DNA of 64,000 bases from Paragordius varius (GCA_964247055.1 OZ176050.1:10788001-10852000), one strand, 5' to 3'; shown: positions 1-13,165, numbered from the stretch's first letter. A program made the numbers and translations. The notes: generated by a model from the sequence alone, not told the origin.

Positions 1-517
1 CGTTTCCGTATCCGCTTCCTCCTTGTATAACTGAATATTTGAATTTTTTACATTGACTCATATGTTCTATAGGTAAGTTAAAATGATTATTTACCAAATT
101 TTATAAGCATGAATAAATATACAAGGTATATTGAAAAATACATAAAAAATATTGAAGGGAAATAAATGATTAGTTTTTATTGATTTTACTATCAATAAAT
201 CAATTTGTATTATAACACTCGTTATCCACTACAAAACAATCAAAGTTCAAAAACTGGTCAAAAAAACAATTAAAATTAAAAGTTTAATCTTTAGCGGAAA
301 TTTTATTAATAGAAACATAAAGTTAAAAATAAGAGGTCAAGTGGAAGATATTCGGAGAGTACTTATTTTTTGAGTAAATTGTTGTACCCATCATAGTGTA
401 CACGTAAAATAAATACAGATATCAATTAATTGTATTAACGCAAAACGTTTTTATAGCAATAAACTTGGAATGTAAGGGTGCATACAAAAAAATTGTTATT
501 TCAATACAAAATCATAC

Positions 518-753
518 ATGTCTAGTACAAAATTTTGGTTTACTGCTTCAGCTATTAAAAAATGGTATTTTAAATACAGTAACAAGACTCATTAAAGGCC
601 ATATCTGTATTGTTAATGACTAAAAGGGTTGTATTTAATTTACATATCTGTTGCCTTGTATAATTCATTTTTATCAGTTACATTTTTAAAAATTATGAAG
701 AAAAATACCGTGTTTAATTTAAAATATGTAAATAGTACAATGAAAAATCTCAT
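518..753 (-). CDS. Candidate 5' exons of an orphan secreted protein; downstream exons unresolved and may run off the window start
   Basis: Exons 753-709, 647-578 and 551-518 join in phase through GT-AG introns of 61 and 26 nt. They give MRFFIVLFTYFKLNT-ICKLNTTLLVINNTDMAFNESCY-SEAVNQNFVLD, with a hydrophobic N-terminus, Cys residues and N-x-S/T sites. A possible further exon at 30-1 reads IQGGSGYGN. No homology recognised, and AT-rich DNA can give such fits by chance. Confidence 0.3.
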
Positions 754-1129
754 ACATAGCCACAGACATGAAAATTAAATGCACATTTTGCCATTTAAAA
801 TACAGATGATGCTTTTAATAATCCTCGTTAGGGTGTTAGGTCAAATTAAAATTAAGGAAAGAGAGCTAGCTAAATTTTGTTTGTTACTATATATTATACA
901 ATATATATTCGGTTCCAATTTTCGGAAGGCCCTTTAAGATTAACTAAATCGCACTTACACGTATCAAAACTAAAAAATGCGATTGTGCGAGATATGTTAA
1001 AAAATAATTTCATAATAAAAAGAAAACTATTTTAATGTATTGGCATCATAGGTTAAGTTTTGTCCACTTTTTACAAAACACTTAACATCTCATTATGGGA
1101 TAGTATAAAGTATATTCATGATACTACAT

Positions 1130-2303
1130 ATGTACAAATGTTTTATAAGTTTGTACCTGTTTTTTAATTAATTGAAAGAAAATTAATTATATATTAAATC
1201 AAAATCTTATGCCCCGGTTTCCACACATTTCGCCCATCTTTTAGATACGTCACAGAAAAACTGATATCTTTTGCGAAAAACCAGTCGTCAAGTCCAACGT
1301 CTTCTAAATATTTAAAGTCCTGCTCTGCTAGGGTGTGTCCCAAGGATGCGGAGTTGCATTATCAGATGACGCCCAGTCAAGCGTTTCCAGAATTTCCCAT
1401 TGAAGCGAACTCAAGGTACCTTTCACTGGTTCTGTGTGAGACGGAGCATGTCATAAAGCAACATTTTTGCCATGTTTTCTGGCTCATTTCGATTGTATTT
1501 TATAAATGCATCGTTTTAATTAGGTATTTGTTAGCGATAGTGTTGTGTATTAACAATTTCGCAAGACTTAATAAATTTATAATACACAATATCGCTCCCA
1601 CAAGACACAGAGCATGGTTCTCTTGCCCAAACGATTTGGCCTTATTGTGGATGGAAGGGCTGGGCAAAATAAAAGCCACGATTACTTTACTTTGCATTTC
1701 CAAAACAAAGCCATTACCCCTCACTCGTCCAAAGATACGAAAATGATTTCTTTTTTGTGACGTTGAAGCAGGATTTCACAAGTCACTTAACGATTTTCGA
1801 TTTGACGTCATTCAAATTGTGTGATACCCATTTACTGAGTTAATTAATCTTTTCCATTACTCGTAGACATCTATTGATTGTTTTTTTGATATATGTAAAT
1901 GCCAATTGTTGCTAAGTTTGAGTTGATCATCCTTCAATAATTCTTGCATTTTAACGTCTTCGCTGTTGTGTGGTCTACCAGAGCGCCCACATTATTCTCA
2001 TGAAAAATATTTTATACAAAACCCTGTTTCCCATGTGTTAATCGATAGAGTATGTTAACCATATCTGCCCGCAAACGATTTTCAAAAGCCTTTTTCTTCT
2101 GATGGTAATGCGTGCCGCAAATCCTTTACACGCACAAAATTTCGGAAGATTACCGAATAATGAATAAACGTCTCTAATTTTTTTGTAAACATAAGCTTTG
2201 TGTAGTTGTCGTTGATAAAGAAAATAGTTATGTAGCAAATTGTCTACTCTTCTCTGGGATCTTCTCTTAGTTGAACGGGTAAATAATTATAAATACCCCT
2301 GGT
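1130..2303 (-). mobile_element. Decayed near-full-length mariner (Mos1/mauritiana-like) transposon
   Basis: Minus-strand translation across stops and frameshifts gives, in Mos1 order, RSGRP, KWVSHNL, RPNRLGKRTMLCVLW, HAPSHTEPVKGTLSSLQWEIL, ASLGHTLAEQ, LDDWFFAKD and RWAKCVETG. Ends are approximate. Confidence 0.85.
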
Positions 2304-2786
2304 TCTATTACAAAAACTTTAATCAAACTTTTCACAGCCAAATATATTTATTATAAGTCAGATCAATAAAAATATACTATTTATTATTCTCAAAAACTTT
2401 TGGGAGAAACTTATCGCTGTATACTTAGTATAAATTAGCGCCAACAACTTTTTCAAATTAGAGTATATACTATTCCTTCCTACAAGCCATTTATGACACA
2501 TTTTACTATTATTAGAGTTTTTGTACATGGCTGAATAAAGACGGAAAATACATGGTTTTTACATCGTAGATATCCCTTAGGAGCGATCTAGGCGTTGAAT
2601 TGATAGCACGTTCCATTTAAACTCTACCAAATATATTTACTATTTTTTGTGGGTCTTCTTGTGACCTTTTTGGTTTTGTCTTATGGTAATATATTCACAA
2701 AGCCGTTTATGGACAAATAAAGTTTTGAATATTTAATTTATCCCTAAATCTATAAATTTATCTGGTCAAATATCAATAATTTTGAG

Positions 2787-2938
2787 CAGGGTGTGATTAC
2801 CAATTGGATAGACGTTATAAAAATTTGTTTATTTATCAATTTTATTAATATTCTGTGATAGTATATTTATTATTTATGGAATTCCAAATTTTTTGCGGGC
2901 CGCACATAAAGCCTTGGGCCGCATGTTGGCCGCCCTTG
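2787..2938. mobile_element. Degenerate hAT-type MITE (CAGGGGTGTCCAAC-like termini)
   Basis: Begins cagggtgtg and ends gggccgcatgttggccgcccttg, resembling the termini of the copies at 4346, 23630, 45268 and 53235. No intact TSD. Confidence 0.4.
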
Positions 2939-3638
2939 ATCTAGAATTTTCCATAACCATCAGTCATTGTTACATTGTACAGTATGAATAAAATTACGCT
3001 GATAGTTTTTCATTATGTATTGCCACACATTTATCAAAGAGTTATTATTGGCTTATAATAGGAAAAAATAAATAAAATAACTACAAAAATACTGCCCTTT
3101 GCTTTATAAGTTGTCCGGTAATAATTAATGAACAATTAGAAATGGATACTTCAACTGTATATCTAGCGTCGAAACTTTCATTTTTTGTCTTATCTTGATT
3201 CCTTATTCAAAAACCACAGGTTTGTGTTCAAATGAATATTTGATTGCTTAGTTGATTAGGTTGATAAATTATTATAGTAACGGTATATAATTTAACTTCT
3301 TATAAATATGAGCTAAAATTTAACTATTATATATTTAACCTTAAATATCTAGTTGTTATTTTCTACAACCAATTTATCAGGTAAAATAGTTTGGATGGAA
3401 AACTCCGGCATCAAGTGCGGCCTGATTAGTAGAATTTTCCTGACATCATATACAAAATGCCACACTCTCTTTAGACTCCATAAAATATTGTCAAACAATC
3501 AAAAAAAATTTTTATTAAGTTTTTTTTATTAAGTTTAGTTTGCGAAAACTTAGATAACCAATTCGGTAACCTTATGAAACATATATAAGATTTTACAATT
3601 TATTGATATACATGATATGAATCATATGCACTTATCAA

Positions 3639-6600
3639 TCATGATGTGCCCCCAAAACATTTCAAAATCTTAGTTAATTTAATGGGATTATCACAATCGT
3701 AGCGATTTATAATTGAATCACCGTTCGGACAATATATTTGTACCAAAGCATAATCTTTATATTCTACATCTATGGAATCGAAGCGTACATAAACCCCATC
3801 CGAATCTTGTTTTATTAAGGCATTCTATGTGGTAATGATTAATGTTTAATATTTTGCATATCAAACAAAAAATATTAAATTATCATAATATAAGGTTGGG
3901 TATGACCACTTTATTAATAGCAAGTAAAAAATATTATTAGAAATGTAACATTTTATTTAAACTAAAAAAGCAAGCTAAAAATAATTTTTCCAGATGCATA
4001 AATAGTTAATTATGACTATGAATTAATAAACGATAAAATCGATTTTCATTTTTAAAATGATCCACCCTATACCCAATTTTAAATTAGATATTATGATAAA
4101 ACGAATATGCAATGCATAAAAAACATACTTCCGGTAGGGTTAAGGAAATCCCGCTTCCATTTTTGATATTTAGCACTGTTAAATAGCATGTTTTGTAATG
4201 TATAAAGTCTATTCGACACTAATATCGAACATAAAATCCAATTAAAAAAATTGTACGAAAAAATAATTTAAAAATACAGTCATATAAAATTAAAAAAGTA
4301 ATATGTCTTCACTAAAAAGTGTAATATTGTATGTAATTTATAAATCAGGGGTATCCAACACAAATGGTTTCTGGACCGCAATTTAACTCAAAAATCTGGC
4401 GGGTTCGAATTGGAAATATACATGGGCATATTTATAATTTATTATATTTCAAACATATGACTGTAAAATGCAAACGCAATATACCAATTATTTCTAGTTA
4501 CTGCCAATTGGATAGATTAATTTATGAAAATTGTTTAGAAAATATTGCTTTTTATAAGATTTTGTAATTTTTACTAAATATAGATTTCCTAATGTTTCGC
4601 CCGCATATAAAGTCTCTGAGGGCTGCGTGTTGAATACACCTGCATTAGTATTTCATTAGTACCTTTGGGATAGGTATAAATAATCATATTAATTTTAAGT
4701 TATTAGAAATTCCTTATCTTAATATCCATGAATATAAAATATAATATTTGGGTAAACAAAAATGGTATATTGACTTTTGGGACTAAAAATGTCAAGCGGT
4801 AAAGTAACCGTGTGTGAAACCAAAACCGTGGTTGCGAACGGTTCCAAAAATTATTTATTTATAGTTTGTTTTTTCGATATTTGATATAATGTTTTACTTT
4901 TTAATATTGTTATACATTCGGATCATAAAAGGAATTTAAAATTAATGGCATACATAATATTCCGTGTTTGATAATGTTTGTCGTCTTTAATCACATGGTA
5001 GAATTATTATTAGGGTAACAAAATCTATGAAAATTGTAAACTGTTTGAATAGAAAACATTGGAATCGGATAAGCTTATTTCAAAAAAGCGTGAACAGGAC
5101 CCAGAATCAAACGAATCGATCTAAAACAAACAAAATGGGTCTTCAATCCTGGTATTCATTCCTAGCAAAGAAAAGTGATGTTAAGTTTTTTGTGTTAAGT
5201 TTTAAGTTAGCGGTTTAATCAGTGAAAAGTACACAGACGATTAATTTGAATTTCCCATTCTGCTAATCTAACATTACATGACAAACACACACAAGTTTAA
5301 AAAGTAGCGTCTTGTTATCATTCAATAATCATATTAAATATTGTGCCTGAAAAAGAGATTTTATGGCACGCATTGCTTTTTTTTAGCCCATCAGAAGAAA
5401 AAGTTGGTTGAAAGTCATGCTAGGAGAAACATATAATGGACATGGTTTTTCTATAAAAAGATATGAAATATGGTATCCATAACTTGAAAGTTTTGATTTC
5501 AATGTGAAACAGTGTGAGTCCTCTGGTAGACCACACAATAGTAGATGATAAAGTGAAAGAGTTATTGGATGATGATCAGATCAAACTTAATTGAAAGAAA
5601 AAGCATTACTAGAACAAATGACAATCAGTAGACGTTTGCAAGCAATAAGAAGGATAAAAAATATATACAGTTTAGAGTCTCTTTTTTCCTTTTTTATTAA
5701 AGGGTAAGGACTTAAATTGTATCCGGACATGTGAAGGCTTTAACACTCGCCTGCCCAGGGCTGACAGTGATGATGTAAAAATTGCGTAGTTTCGGGGTTC
5801 GAACTCTGACACGCAGTGTAAAAGTCCGGCGCCCTATCTACTATCATTAAATGGTTCGACACATTTTGAACGTTATATAGAATATGGTAAAGTGGTTTGT
5901 GAAATCCTGATTCAACGTGATGAAAGGATATCATATTTGTGATCGTGATAAGAAAGGATTTAATGTGTAAATCCGAACTATAAATACTATATTTGGATGA
6001 AATGAATATAATTACTATGTAATGACTTTTAATTTGACACACAAATTAATTTTTATTTAAAAGATGCTTGTTTCAAATCCATTATGGCTATCTAAATAAA
6101 AGATATACCAGTCTAAAAAATATTAGTTTTTGGAGATTAATATAGATTGACCATATTTTAGCATAACCTTTTAAATAATAGGGCTTTGCAAATTATAACC
6201 ATTTTAAACATATGCCCCAAAATTTATTTTTAAAAAAGAATGTAATGAAATGTTAAGGGCAGATATTGTTAGCCATGCCAGAATAACAGTTTAAAAAATC
6301 TCAAAGCATATGCTGAACAAAAATATTTTTAGAAACATTAAAATGTTTAATTATGGTCTTGAAAGATTTGGATTTTCGATATAATAGTTTTAAAATTTAT
6401 TAAAGGGACTTGTTAGCACCGTGTCACTATTTAATAGTACCAACAAAATATCCAACTTATAATCTATAATAACTAGCAGACAAACAAGCTAAATAAAGAA
6501 TCATTTTTGATTTAATCACAGCGAGGCCTGACGGATATGATCCATATTTTTTATAATGTTAAATAAATCACATTAAGTAATACCAAATGCATATTCATGT

Positions 6601-7063
6601 TTAAAGGCATGAGTTGGATTAACGTTGATTTTATTATTCTATAGTTTGCCATCATACTATACATATGTGACGAAAAATTTAAGGGTAAATAAAATTGAAT
6701 GTTAAACTCTATTCTTGTTACATTAGGATTGGAACTGTTTAATAAGCGCATGTATAATTTTGATCTGTTATGAGAACTATAATGTCAAAATATATATAAA
6801 CTTTAAGACGTCGTGTAGAAAGCAAACGTTGGAAAAATTTTGAAGTAAATCATCTTTTTTCACACATCGATAAAATATGGTGCTACCCATTGCAAATAAA
6901 TCTTCATAATAATTTTGACAATCTGTACTATTCAAATTCAGGGTTCGACGATATCTCATGCCATGACATATTTTCGTACCTTTTATATAAAATCATGCAT
7001 ACCCATGAGAATTAACAAAACGTATAACTTGAAAAACAGGGCCACAGTTAAATTTATTTTCAT
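3639..7063 (-). CDS. Orphan secreted glycoprotein gene (signal peptide plus RYRR furin-like site)
   Basis: Exons 7063-7003, 6979-6802 and 6776-6584 join in phase through 23- and 25-nt GT-AG introns: MKINLTVALFFKLYVLLILMGTKICHGMRYRRTLNLNSTDCQNYYEDLF... Distal exons 5120-5042, 4175-4129 and 3824-3639 join in phase with canonical sites and end ...KCFGGTS*. The path between 6584 and 5120 is not uniquely resolved. No homology recognised. Confidence 0.6.
4346..4642. mobile_element. hAT-type MITE
   Basis: Imperfect TIRs caggggtatccaacac ... gtgttgaatacacctg. The reverse complement of the left end matches the aaaatgcggccc...tatttgtgttgga termini at ~23700, ~45537 and ~53511. Confidence 0.65.
5340..5990 (+). 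mobile_element. Partial mariner relic of the same family as 1130-2303, interrupted by a SINE
   Basis: DNA similarity to the reverse complement of 1760-2130 (ggcacgcatt, ctctggtagaccacaca, tgtgaaatcctg.ttcaacgt). Translates to SGRPH...KELLDDDQ...ISRRLQA, then resumes as KWVRH after the SINE. Confidence 0.75.
5661..5847 (-). mobile_element. tRNA-derived SINE, copy 2
   Basis: Near-identical reverse complement of 47495-47689 over about 185 nt, including the B box GAGTTCGAACCCC. The 5' end is slightly eroded. Confidence 0.85.
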
Positions 7064-8539
7064 ATAGGAATAGCAAAAAAATTATTGAACTCATAAAAAG
7101 TAATTAAGGTGTTTACTAAAACTTTAAATAGATACAAATATGCTAAAAATGCAGTATTTTTAGTTATTGTAAATAACTACTGAGTTTAATGAAATAGTTA
7201 AAGAGCGAAAGGTCATCTTAAGGATTATACCACTAAATGAACTTTATCAAATAAAATGATATATATTTGACCAATTTATAATTTTTAAGTATGCCTCGTA
7301 CAATACAAAGCTGTTTCTCAATTTTCATGCCTTTAAAACAGTGGAGTCCTGTAAAACTTTCTCAAATGATTTTAAAATAAATCATATGTAATTATTATTC
7401 AAATATAAAAGGTTTCAAACTTATTATATGTGAACATATATTGTAAACAAAATAGTAGGAATAACAAAGTCAACTTTTATGGGCCCTGTTCGTCGACTTA
7501 GTCGACAATATTAGTAGTGAATAGACAATCTATATTTTTCTGCGATTAACAGACAAAGATTAGTCGAGAAACAATAAATTGTTGGAGACATATTTGAAAT
7601 CAGTGTTCTAACTAATCATGAATTTACAAAAGTGCTAAATTTTGTCTTTATGTAAAAGATTAATGTATTCTTATTTGATCTTATGGTTTTATGGTTTTAA
7701 AGTTTTTTATATGGTCACGCATTTAGATGTAGAGAGCGGCCAATTAAATTTAATGCTAAAAGTAGTATGGTGTAAAATCGTTTTTTCGCGTTAAATAGAT
7801 TTTGAAATCCTGAACGCTTATTGATAACGAATGCCCACATAAACGTTAAAATTATTCTTATATTTGACATATTTTCATAAGATGTTTTAGGCATGATTTT
7901 TTTGTTAATGTGATGTTTTTTGTAAATTTTAAAACTTTATCGCAGCTAATTCGTTTCTTTTTATTGATTTCGGATAAAAGTATTATTATTTTCAAACCTA
8001 AGGGGTCTTTAGCTGTCTGAAATTATTATACAAGAAAGCTTGCTATTATGGTTGAATATGTAAACCCACTACAAATAATATCTAATAATTCATAAAATTG
8101 TTTCTCGATCACCATTTTGATGGAATTAAAAGTGAAAGATAATGGATATATCAGCGATTAAACAAATAATCTTTGAGATTTTATTTTTCAATTTAGTAGA
8201 ATAATAGTAGAAATCATGGATGGCTTTATGTCAAAACAAAAATTTTGATTTTAGGAGTATAGGAAAATTTTGGGATCAAGACAAACAGCATCAAATTTTA
8301 AAAACTCCAGACGATTTTTTTGAACCAAACACGGTTATTTCCAAACCCACCAAGTTCGGGCTCCACTTTTTTCGGCTTGTAGCCCTGGAAAAAACATATT
8401 GAATTTTATAAAAAATTTAAAATTAGATTGATATAAAAACTTTTAAAAAGATAGTCCATATTGTCTTACTTAAGATAGTATCTCAATTTAAAATTTTTAA
8501 ATTTAATATAACAATCAGATATGTTATAATTGCCTTTTT

Positions 8540-11422
8540 ATGTTAACTATAAATGCTGGTGGAAAAATTCTAAAATTTGATAATGAAAGCGTATTTAATT
8601 TAATGAAGGATCATTTTACTGTTCAGAAATGTGTAAAGGACCTAGATGACAACTACAAAAATTTTATGGACGCCGATCCGGACGTTATGAAAATTATTTT
8701 AAGGTTATATATTTTATTTAAAATATATTAAGATAACCACTTACAACCGCAACAAAAGATAATATTTTTTATTTGCATAATATGTATCTATTTTTTCGGG
8801 AAATATTATAAAATGTGTAATAATTTTCAAAAAGGAGTGATAGACCAGCAGTGGCGTACCGAGATTTGCGGCGCCCGGGGCATAAAACTTTTATGGTGCC
8901 CCTGCCCTCCCCCCCCCCCCCCCCCCCCTTTTTTTTAATTAGCCAATAAAACAATTTAGTAAAAAAAATACAAACGTAACCTATACACCATAGATAAGAC
9001 AGCACAGTCATATAAACTTTAATTCTATTAAATATATTAAATTTATATGATATTAAATTTATTCATTTTTAAATACCTAAATATTCTAATAAATTTAATA
9101 ATATGGAAAATATAAGTATATAAATAATGTTTTTGTTGCATATATTGAATAAATCTTATGATGGCGAACAATAATAATTTAAAAAATGATTGTATAGGCG
9201 AATTTTACAATACAATTTTAACAGAATTATAATGCAATTTATTTAATAAAATATTAATTATATGAAGATTTTATCACTTGGAAAGGAAAAAGGCAACTAA
9301 GAGGTAAAATATTTTTTATGTAAAAATTTTTCTGGTCACCTAAATTGCTGAAAAATCTTATTTGAAAAATATTATTATTTTTACATAATTAAAATTTAAT
9401 TTTAAAAAATCATTTAGGCGCCCCTAAATAACGGCACCCGGGGCAGGATGCACCCCCTTGCCCCCCCCTCGGTACGCCCCTGTAGACCAGTGGTTCCCAA
9501 AAGGGGGCGTAAAAAATTTGCAGAAACATTCTTAAATATATGTCAATAAACATAATATTTACTATATAATTGGTTTATTTTATTAATTTAAATTATAAAG
9601 CAACTGTTTCAATTAAAAAATATAATTAAAACAAAATGAATGAGTGATGATCTCAAGTGCAAGTTATCAAGATTTGCGCCCGTTATGGAGAAAATAGTTC
9701 AACAATCGCAGAGACAAGGATTTCATTGGTCATGATTTTTATGGTATTATAATTATTGCATTTGGGAAAAAGGCGGTGGAAGATTTTTTTTAATTTGATG
9801 AGGTGAGAAGAAAAAAAGGTTGTGAATCACATAAGACTTGTTTTCGGGTAAAACACTAGCCTATAGAATAATCGTATTCAAACCGCGACACACGGGCTAC
9901 ATACGGCCAAAAAGTGTGCATTTATGGCCTTGAAATACTAAATTTTCGATTTACTGAAGTACAAATTTCTGCATATGTTTCAAACAGTTTTGCAATATTT
10001 GTCGGTGTTAAATAGTGCCCCGCTCTTCAGAAACCGATAATATTTTATTCAGCTTTGCAAAAAATTTGGTGAGTTCCACTGCTAGCTAAACATCTTCTTG
10101 TGCCAACGATTTTTGTCAATCCTTTAACTTTTTTGTATGTGAGCTCATCGCATATAAACTTTTTTTCGATTAATAATACCGTAAATGCTTTAGTTCGAAT
10201 GTGTATACTTGTTTCATTATGTAGATTTTTCATATTTTTATTATAATAAAGTTTTTTTTCAACATATAATAATCATTTCTAAAGAATCGAAACCAATAAC
10301 TTTTTGTGTAGTTAAAACGATTTAACTCTTGAAAACCATATCGGTTCAAACAAGGATTTTTTAATAATTCATTTATTTTGAGTACAAATATAACCATATA
10401 CTTTATATTGTTTTTTTAATTTAGTTAAAACAAAATTTTGGGATAGAGAAAAGTAGCATGTGAATTTTTGTGACATTTACATTTTATTTTTGGCATTATA
10501 ATATAATATGAATAGAATTGAATTTACTGTAATTTTAAAACATTAAACCCGCAATTAACCTAATTCACCGAAACCGCGAAGAATCAAAACTTTTTGGCAA
10601 AAAAATTCTTTGAGCCTTCTCGTTTGGATCCGTTTTTCAAAATATATAACAGGAACCAATAGCGAAATCATCTTATTTTATATTATATTATACCCCGTGT
10701 GGAGTTAGGAAATGGTGTATTTTGTCCAATTGATGACTCAATAATTTTAACATTAATGTTACGTTTGCTACAGGTATCTTTCAACGAATGACATCAGTTA
10801 CATTACTGCGTTTGCAAAAGGAGTATATCAAAGAGAACTATTAAAAATGGAGGCGAATAAACTTGGTCTTCATGAACTTCATACATTTATGTTATCCTAT
10901 GATAGAGATAAAACCATTTTTCAAGAACAGAAAAAATTAATGGTCGCCCGGAATTTGATGCAAGATATTGATATACTTTTTAAGAATATATGTGCCAATT
11001 TTTTGACTTTTCTCGCAACACAAGATCCAAGCATTTGGTTGAATGATATACAGCTAACCGATGGACAAATTTATTTATCAATATGGTTAAATTTTTATCC
11101 ATTCAAATCACAATCCTCCTCAACAACATCATTGGCAAAAGATTTAACTAAAAAACTCATTACACCCGCATTTCAAGAAACTAATCCTGCCCCCCTGGAT
11201 TCAATTATGTTAGATTTCAGGGAGCAAATAAGGGAAAAATCCTGCGTATTTAGCCATCCTATCAAATCAAGAGTGTTATTGGATACGGATATTTGGAAAT
11301 ATATTACAAAACGATTAGTCAACCATTTGAAAAAATGTGCATTTGTATGTGATTATTTTGAAAATGCCGGCCAATACCCATTTTATGGGGTCAAATTTTT
11401 ATTATTCCCTAATAAATTCTGA
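8540..11422 (+). CDS. Divergent KCTD-like BTB/POZ (T1-type) protein, about 270 aa, two exons
   Basis: Exons 8540-8703 and 10774-11422 join in phase (813 nt). TINAGGK ~ LNVGG; FMDADPDVMKIILRYL ~ FIDRDPxxFxxILNYL; LLKMEANKLGLHEL ~ LLxEAxFYGLxxL. C-terminal region not recognised. The true start could lie a few codons upstream. Confidence 0.7.
8849..9482. mobile_element. hAT-type MITE with 15-bp TIRs and an 8-bp TSD
   Basis: TIRs CAGTGGCGTACCGAG ... CTCGGTACGCCCCTG with one mismatch. Perfect TSD TAGACCAG at 8841-8848 and 9483-9490. Internal poly-C tract near 8902-8929. Confidence 0.9.
9488..9832 (+). mobile_element. Charlie/Buster-like hAT deletion derivative with a transposase C-terminal remnant
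   Basis: Left end CAGTGGTTCCCAAA; degenerate right end aaaaaggttgtgaatcac. Internal DDLKCKLSRFAPVMEKIVQQSQRQGFH resembles the C-terminus of ZBED8/SCAND3-type hAT transposases. Confidence 0.6.
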
Positions 11423-11539
11423 AAGGACGATAACATTTGATGAATAATTTAGAGATCATAATTATGTTTGAAAGTATTTCCTTGTTTAAAATCAAACAAA
11501 TTCGCGCCCATTATTTTTGGAGAAACAATTAAATTTAAA

Positions 11540-11576
<37 letters not shown>

Positions 11577-13069
11577 TTTTATATTTTAATGTAAAATGTT
11601 TGATATAATCTATAGAACGTGATGATTCGTGTAATACTCTCCAAATTTGTCTGACATTTTAAAAAACATGATTAATTTTGAGATATTCAAAAAATATTAA
11701 TACATACAGTATATAATTAAACGTAAATATATAAAGACAAATATTTTTTTATATACAATCATACTTTTTTGATGTTGATTATTCATAAGTGATTGTTATA
11801 AACTTCAAAGTATATATTAGAGTGTAAATTAGTAACACAATTCATTATTTATTTTACGATTGTACTTTAGTGATTTTTTAGGATAAATTAAGGTTTAATA
11901 ATTATAATTGCCTTTTGAAAAAAATATTTGTCTTTATATTTTACGTTTTGTCCGTATAATTTTTCAATTTTTACTGTACATTAAAGGGTTTTTTGTATAT
12001 ATTGTATCTTATCGCAATTTGTATAAAACTAAAGATTATATAACTAACAGCATATTTTTATGAATGGAGAATTTTGTTGAGAATATGAGAATATATTCAA
12101 CGACATCCAATAATTCAGAAAAAGTGGTCATATAATATTTTAGACATGTTGTATACGCCTTTCGACTTCAAGTATTAACCATAAAATAGTGAAAATAATG
12201 ATAAACTTTAAAACAAATTTAAACGTTTTTTTGAAAGAGCTATTTTTATCTAAAAACGCTACATTGTTTAATCACCTGTTTTGACAGAGGGAGTGCAATT
12301 GTAAAGATTATATAAGTAAATCAGGAAGATTCATTGATTGATATCTAAATATATATAAATTTTTGGACAAATTTAATTTAACAAACTAATTTTAAAACCT
12401 CGAAATTTACGATTATGGTAAAAATGGCATTACATAACTCTTTTTATCTACATAAACCCCAAAAATAATATAAAAATCCTGATACTCTAATCATAAATTG
12501 GTTTTATGCTATCGAAATTTCCATGATATTGTATTTCACAGTTAAGAGGAAAGATTTTTAAATTAATTTTTACTGTAGTTTTATAAATTAAATATTTTCA
12601 ATGTCCAATCTTTAAAAAACAAATATCTATTAAATTACAATATTGGTAATTGCTAAACTATCGTTGCGGATATATATTAAACATTAATAATTTAATTAGA
12701 ATTGTAAAATCCGTAATATAATGAATGATAATCGAAAATTAAATAGAAAATTGATTGAAAGATAATTATTAATGGAAATTATCAATATGTCTTCTTAATT
12801 AAATTGATTTCTATGAAATGCCTAAGTAGCTATACACGAAATCTAGGGTTAAACCTAGTGTTAATTTTCAGTTAATTTTCCAATTTTCAGTTTAATTTTC
12901 ATGAATGTTAATTAAATTTAAATTAAATTCGTATAACTGCATTTATACCAAAATTGCAAAGTTGGATATATATACGAAATCGATATGTGAAAACCCCAAG
13001 TCAAATAGTTGTGTCGTACTGATGAGTGCTAACAAGCACGAAACTAGTCTACAATTACTTTTGAAGAAG

Positions 13070-13165
13070 GGTTTTACATATCGTTTATAATTTCTGTTTA
13101 TAATTATCTTTCTATTAGGTTTCACATATCGTTTATAATTTCTGTTTATAATTAATTATCTTTCA
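13070..13165. repeat. 48-bp tandem duplication
   Basis: ggttt(t/c)acatatcgtttataatttctgtttataatta occurs at 13070 and 13118. Confidence 0.85.

Noticed and set aside
1333-1746. 137-aa plus-strand ORF and the 74-aa ORF at 1500-1724
   Set aside because: Antisense and off-frame readings of the decayed mariner transposase.
3092-3570. Coding-like minus-strand stretches (NQDKTKNESFDARYTVEV...; WSLKRVWHFVYDVRK...)
   Set aside because: They could not be linked in phase to each other or to neighbouring exons without assuming a frameshift.
5740-6042. 100-aa minus-strand ORF
   Set aside because: Spans mariner antisense sequence and the SINE; a chance open frame.
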